Assembly (NCBI GenBank): GCA_026026165.1
Contig: JAPEUD010000057.1
Location: 124,001 to 164,137 of the forward strand
DNA from: Sarea resinae
Taxonomy: Eukaryota
DNA length: 40,137 nt
Direction of reading: 5' to 3'
The notes under the pieces are model-generated. The model saw only the letters and a list, made by a program, of their open reading frames with translations. It ran no database searches and was not told the DNA's origin. Made by a program: the position numbers and the translations under genes. This document shows, one piece after another, positions 34,663 to 40,137 of the stretch. Each line of letters starts with the position of its first letter. Position 1 is the stretch's first letter.

Positions 34663-34713
34663 TCACCAGAGCCATGCTCCCCGTTGCTGTTGTTGCTGCT
34701 GGGGCCCAGGACT
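34663..34713 (-). pseudogene. Terminal-exon remnant (copy C) of the Q/RGG orphan family
   Basis: After GCTAAT..TTTTCAG the frame reads SPGPQQQQQQRGAWLW*, matching copy A's GPGPQ..QQQ..RGGAWLW*. Confidence 0.6.
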
Positions 34714-36448
34714 CTGAAAATGTATTAGCAAAGTAGCGGATCTCAACAATTGGCAGTCCCATGGCTCCCATAGCCTTTGACGTCCCTAACGAGCAAGCGG
34801 CGCCGGGAGATGTCATCTTGCTTGTACTACTCAGCTAGACACGCAGATATACATAATTCTCTGTCTGACGAACGGTCTTTTGCTTTGAGCTTTAGCTCGG
34901 TTGGTGGTTTGGCTTCGAGGCGCTGACCTGCATAGTTAGGTCATTCCGTATATTTCTCAATCGTGCCTGTTCTATTAGGAAGGCTGTAGTAATTCATTGT
35001 ATTTTATATTCTATTCGTTTTCATGGCATCATGTCTTCAATTTTCTTTTCTCTTTTCGGAGTCTTGCTCACTCAAAACCCCAGGACGAGCGCAATACATC
35101 CATCGACCCCATGGTGATTGTCACATTCACTAAAGAATGAGCTTTCTTGATCCAGAGCAAAAGTGAATGGCCACTTCACAAGCGAACGTGCTCTCTTTCC
35201 CCGACATAAGTCCCAGACTTCTTTGGAGGCAGTCGGTTGGTGACAGGCTCGAGACTGAAGAAAAGGGAAGCAAATCAGATCTCTTGATCATTTGTATCGT
35301 CTCGATCAGTTGTAGGCGTCTGAGGCTCGGAAGTTGCTTGAGCTTGCGACGTGTTAATGAGTGAGTAGGGGGTGGGAAAACACCTCCCTATGTATACCTT
35401 ATATTAAGGCCCCTCGGGCCCATCCAGATGTCGTGGATGGACTGTTTCGTTTCACGGGGGAAGCTTACAGTTTCGCCGGATAATTGTTGTATGGCCATAT
35501 CCTAGGCTAGTAAATGCAGACAAAGTGAGGACTCCAGTATGAAAATCAGTTTGGTGGTCTGTCTGTGGTCTCATGAAATAAGCAAACAAGACGCATGATA
35601 GTTAAATGAAGGGCAAGCTTATATCAAAAAAAAGGTGTTGAGAGGCTAACTCTAACAGCACAGTGGATGGATGTGTAGAGACACGAGACAGCATCAGAAC
35701 CAAAGAAGAGAGCAAAATGCAGCAAGCAAGAGTGATGAGCGAGAGAAAGAATTAGTCGCAGTAGAAACAGAACGATCGCAACACTGACAAGGACATAGTG
35801 GAGATGACTGGCGAAAGGGAGAGCATGAGAGGAAGAGATATTAGCACTTTCATGGGCGGCGGTCGAGCACATTCAATGTCTTGTGGTATTGCAGCTCACA
35901 ACATGACCGTAGTAACGACTGACACATTCACTCAAAGTGTTAGGGGGGTGGCTCCATTTCTTACATCATACTTACCCCGCTGGTAGGCAAAGAACATCAC
36001 TAATCCCTCTCCTTTCACATCGACTATCAAGTAACACCATCGACCATCGACGGTAGAATGCTGGCATGTTTCGGGAGGAGGGTCAAGAAGATGAGATTGA
36101 CGCTCGATGGGGTGGAAAGAAAGCAATGGAATTTCGAGGGAATGTGATGGGATGTCGAGAGTGCTCTAGAGTTCAAATATCAGGCGATTTGAAAGCTTCA
36201 AGGGGCGAGTTCGAGAAGTAGCAGAGTATGGGTTTGGTCTATCCTTTGCCATTCTCAAGTCTTTAGATCTCAGCTTCGATCAGTCATAGTCTTGTCATCT
36301 GAGACTTCTACATAGCATTGGTTCCCTCCTGTATGACAATCAACTCATTCTTGGCAACCAGTGAAAAGGAGGTCCAAACAGATGGACAAATAATGAAAAG
36401 AATTGTCGTATTGAAAATCAGACGTGAACGTGGCTCATTGACATGATA

Positions 36449-37672
36449 TCAAAGCTGAAACTTTGTCCTGGTCTTCTCCATCTGTCCCTTCCATTCCCAC
36501 TCGACCCCGCCATCCCCGCCCCTCTGAATACCCTTGTCGACACGTCTGAGCTTCAAGGTGAATCGTGGGCCTAGCTCCTGCAAGCCTGCGCGAATGCCCT
36601 CGACGCCTTTGACCTCCTTTCCGTCAGGCCCGACGACGTTCTTCTCGGTGGCGCGCTTCTCCCGGAAGACGTAGCGATGTCTCCGGAAGAAGAGGTAATC
36701 TCGCTGATTGTGGACGGTGACGACCTGGCGGCCCTCGATGTCTGGTTGCGGGGGAAAGAGGGTTCGGAAGAGATGGGCGGTCAATAGACCGAGGGGAGTG
36801 CGAAAGTTGTTTAGGATCAGCTCCGGGATGTGATTGGTGGGGTTGCCGTGGCCTGGCAACTTGCGGCCCTCGACCCAGTTCGAGATGGAAAAGTGAAAGG
36901 TTGGCCCGGCGGGAAGGTGGACGATGGTGAGCCCCGTCGGGCGTTTCTGGTCTTCTTTCAAGAGGACGACGGTGGTATAATGTCTGTTGCTGGCAAAGGA
37001 GCAAATTTCGCGGAGAGAGAATTTGTGCGCGTAGCGGTGGCCGGAGCGGGGGATGTAGACACTATAGGGAAAAAGAGTCGTCAAGAGTTCGGCTTCGTGG
37101 TGGAGGGTGCTGTTCAGAGAGGTGGTGACGAGGATTTTGGGGACTGGCGGCGGAGTGGTGAAGAGGGTTGGAAATTTAAAGGCCAAGGCGTCGGGAGTGA
37201 GGTCGAGGTTTGTTTTTGCTTGGGAGACTTCGGAGGGTTTTGGTTTGACGTCTTTTTCCTTGGCTTCGTCTTCTTCGTCTTCTTCGTCCTCTTCGTCCTC
37301 GGAGAAATCAATCATGCTATCTCGGTCCTCTGAATCTTCTTCGTCTGCGACATCTGTCGCGACTGCTTCTGCCACTTTCGGTCTCTTCAGCCGTTCGACA
37401 TCGACACTCATGCCCAAGCCATCTCCGGCTTCATCTGTGACTTCATCCCAGACTCGTTTCCTGTCGATGGTGGCAGGTATGTTGCGATTGCGTCGTTCTT
37501 CGCGCAGACTCGGGTCCTTGTCTTCTTCTCGTTTCCGGCGGAAGCGCTCGTCGCGCTTGAGACTGTCCCGCGCCTGCTTCTGTTTGACGTGCAGAGATTG
37601 GCGCTTGAGCTTGTTGGCGGTCTTGAAAGGCAGTGATGCCTTGGACGAGAGTTTGGATTTACTCGACGCCAT
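36449..37672 (-). CDS. RPF1: Brix-domain ribosome biogenesis factor Rpf1
   Basis: Intronless. NKLKRQ, NIPATID, PKILVTTS, HLPAGPTFHFSISN, PELILNNFRTPLG, GRQVVTVHNQRDYLFFRRHRY, LQELGPRFTLKL. Confidence 0.92.
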   Translation of the reverse strand: MASSKSKLSSKASLPFKTANKLKRQSLHVKQKQARDSLKRDERFRRKREEDKDPSLREERRNRNIPATIDRKRVWDEVTDEAGDGLGMSVDVERLKRPKVAEAVATDVADEEDSEDRDSMIDFSEDEEDEEDEEDEAKEKDVKPKPSEVSQAKTNLDLTPDALAFKFPTLFTTPPPVPKILVTTSLNSTLHHEAELLTTLFPYSVYIPRSGHRYAHKFSLREICSFASNRHYTTVVLLKEDQKRPTGLTIVHLPAGPTFHFSISNWVEGRKLPGHGNPTNHIPELILNNFRTPLGLLTAHLFRTLFPPQPDIEGRQVVTVHNQRDYLFFRRHRYVFREKRATEKNVVGPDGKEVKGVEGIRAGLQELGPRFTLKLRRVDKGIQRGGDGGVEWEWKGQMEKTRTKFQL

Positions 37673-37907
37673 GGTGGTGGCTATGTAGAAATTTGGCAGG
37701 TTTTGCAAGTCTGGAATTTCGAGATTATGGATTTCCGTGTCGGTGACAATGGAGATGGAAATACTTTATTCCGGTAGAGAGCCCACCCGAAAGAATCATG
37801 GATCCATGATGACTCGCATCGAAAGTGAATCAGAAACAAATCTTCGCCATTGAACTACACACAAACTCAGGCTGTCCGACTTATTCGTCTTCATCTTCTC
37901 CAAGTAC
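37673..37907. promoter_or_regulatory. Compact bidirectional promoter between RPF1 and glycyl-tRNA synthetase
   Basis: Head-to-head start codons ~235 bp apart. Confidence 0.55.
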
Positions 37908-40106
37908 ATGCGCCAGTTCGGTAGACTGTTGCGCTTTTCCGCCATCGGTCCAAAACGTCTATCCATCGCGCGCCCATTCAGCACCACCGCGCCCGCAGCA
38001 AAGTTCCAGGTCAGCAAGAAAAACACGCCCGAAGTCGTCATGGCGACTACGACCAAGACAGGCCAGCCATTCGAACGGCCGTCTCTTGATTCGTTGATGC
38101 GGCGTAGGCTGTTCTACACACCTTCGTTTGAAATCTACGGTGGCGTCTCTGGTCTCTACGATTATGGCCCCCCGGGTTGCTCCCTGCAGGCAAACATTGT
38201 CGATCTATGGCGCAAGCACTTTGTGTTGGAAGAGGATATGCTGGAGCTGGATTGTACGGCTTTGACGCCCCATGAAGTGCTCAAGACCAGTGGTCACGTC
38301 GAAAAGTTTGCGGATTGGATGTGCAAGGACCCGAAGAGCGGCGAGATTTTCCGAGCCGATCATCTCGTCGAAGAAGTCCTGGAAGCACGATTGAAAGGCG
38401 ACAAGGAGGCGAGGGGCCAGAAGCTGGAGACGGAAGAGGCACCAGATGCGAAGAAGAAGAAGAAAAAGGTCAAGGAGATCAAGGCCATCAAATTGGAAGA
38501 CGCTGTTGTCAAGGAATACGAGGAGATATTGGCAAAGGTAAGATATATACTAAATCATAGATAAATGCTGACGAGATAGATTGACAACTACGATGGCGAC
38601 GAGCTTGGCCTGCTGATTACAAAATATGAGATCAAAAATCCCAGCACTGGCGGTGACCTCCTCCCACCGGTTGCGTTTAATCTGATGTTCCAGACATCAA
38701 TCGGTCCCAGCAGTAATCTGCCTGGCTACCTTCGACCGGAGACGGCCCAGGGTCAATTTCTCAATTTCCAAAAACTCCTCGAATTCAATCAACAGTCCAT
38801 GCCATTCGCCTCGGCCTCGATCGGCAAATCTTTCCGAAACGAGATCTCACCTCGGGCGGGTCTCTTGCGTGTTCGCGAATTTCTGATGGCCGAAATCGAG
38901 CACTTTGTCGATCCCGAGGGTGGCAAGAAGCATCCTCGATTCGAGGAGGTCAAGCATGTCGAGCTTGCATTGTTGAATCGTCACGTCCAACTAGACGGCC
39001 GAACAGAAATCGAGAGGATGGCAATCGGCAAGGCGGTCGAGACAGGCCTCGTCGATAACGAGACTCTTGGTTATTTCCTTGCGAGAATCCAACTTTTCCT
39101 GACGAAGCTCGGTGTCGACCAATCCAAGCTGCGCTTTAGACAGCACATGGCGAATGAGATGGCTCATTATGCTGCGGACTGCTGGGATGCAGAGCTACTT
39201 ACCAGTTATGGCTGGATTGAATGTGTGGGGTGTGCCGATAGAAGTGCTTTTGATCTTTCTGTTCACGCGAAAAAGACCGGCGCTCCTCTGGTGGTGCGCG
39301 AGACTCGCAGCGAACCGTTGCGGATCGAGGAATGGCAGATTGACCTCGACAAGAAGAAATTCGGTCCCAAATTCAAAAAAGACGGCAAAGCGGTCGAGGC
39401 GGCGGTCGAAGCATTATCTCAAGCGCAGCGCGAACAGCTTGCAGAGACTCTACAAAAAGATGGCAAGATCAGCATCGACGTGCCTGGCGTGGGCAATGGC
39501 AAGGTTGAGCTCGAAAAAGACATCATCGTCATCGAACGTCGAACCAGAGTCGAGAATACGAGAGAGTATATTCCCAATGTGATTGAACCCTCATTTGGCA
39601 TCGGTCGCATCCTCTACAGCTTGATCGAGCAAGTCTATTGGACCCGAGACGGTGATGAAGCTCGCGGGGTAAGTGTCCGTCGTACACGATTGCATGACGG
39701 TGGCTGACGTGCACATCAGGTTCTTTCCTTCCCACCCCCCGTGGCGCCAACCAAGGTGCTGCTTGTCCCTCTCTCGACACATGCCGACTTTGGGCCTCTG
39801 ATCCGCCGACTCAGTCAGCGGCTTCGTGTGCTGGGTATATCGAGTCGGGTGGATGATTCCTCGGCTAGCATTGGCAAGCGCTATTCGCGCAACGACGAAC
39901 TGGGCACTCCCTTGGGCGTCACGGTCGATTTCCAGAGCGTCAAGGATGGTAGCTTCACCCTCCGCGATCGAGACACGACCAAGCAGGTGCGAGCGAGCGA
40001 AGCCGAGATTACAGAGGCGATCAAGAGTCTGGTCGAGGGCAACGAGACATGGGCCGACGTCATGCGTAGATTACCCGAGTATTTGGGTCAACAAGATGTG
40101 GATTAA
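37908..40106 (+). CDS. GRS1: Glycyl-tRNA synthetase (alpha2 type), mitochondrial and cytosolic isoforms from two in-frame ATGs
   Basis: Exons 37908-38537, 38580-39668, 39720-40106. YDYGPPG, TSGHVEKFAD, YLRPETAQGQF, FRNEISPRAGLLRVREF, EMAHYA, VIEPSFGIGRI, SIGKRYSRNDELG. Second ATG at 38040. Confidence 0.96.
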
Positions 40107-40137
40107 GCTCGATGGGTCGGGCGGTACGGTGTAGGGG

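Noticed and set aside
19600..36400. Starship, LTR retrotransposon, Helitron or DDE transposon identity for the islands
   Set aside because: I could not see a DUF3435 tyrosine recombinase, RT/integrase, Rep-helicase or DDE motifs, nor LTRs or TIRs.

Overview
Filamentous ascomycete (Pezizomycotina; possibly Eurotiomycetes) genomic DNA with short GT-AG introns. 1-5.7 kb: three-gene mycosporine (UV-sunscreen) cluster: COMT-like O-methyltransferase (minus strand, cut off by the window edge), demethyl-4-deoxygadusol synthase (DDGS) and an ATP-grasp ligase. 6-18.7 kb: housekeeping genes (WDR70-like WD40, NIPA/DUF803 Mg transporter, a complex I B12/NDUFB3 subunit missed by the ORF track, CAF1/POP2, copper amine oxidase, SEC72, HSL-family esterase). 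A tRNA-Met and a Gfo/Idh/MocA oxidoreductase (28.3-30.2 kb) separate two islands lacking conserved genes (~19.6-28.1 kb and ~30.8-36.4 kb). Manual splicing shows these islands hold a minus-strand orphan gene family: one intact 5-exon, 264-aa copy (hydrophobic N-terminus, poly-Pro, conserved core, poly-Gln, RGG, ending AWLW*) plus several decayed copies. They also hold pseudogenes for a GIY-YIG-like nuclease, a serine-recombinase-like/multi-C2H2 protein and a CCHC-knuckle protein, together suggesting relics of an uncharacterised mobile or duplicating gene system. The window ends with divergent RPF1 and a dual-start glycyl-tRNA synthetase. All calls come from manual reading and motif recall; no database searches were run.
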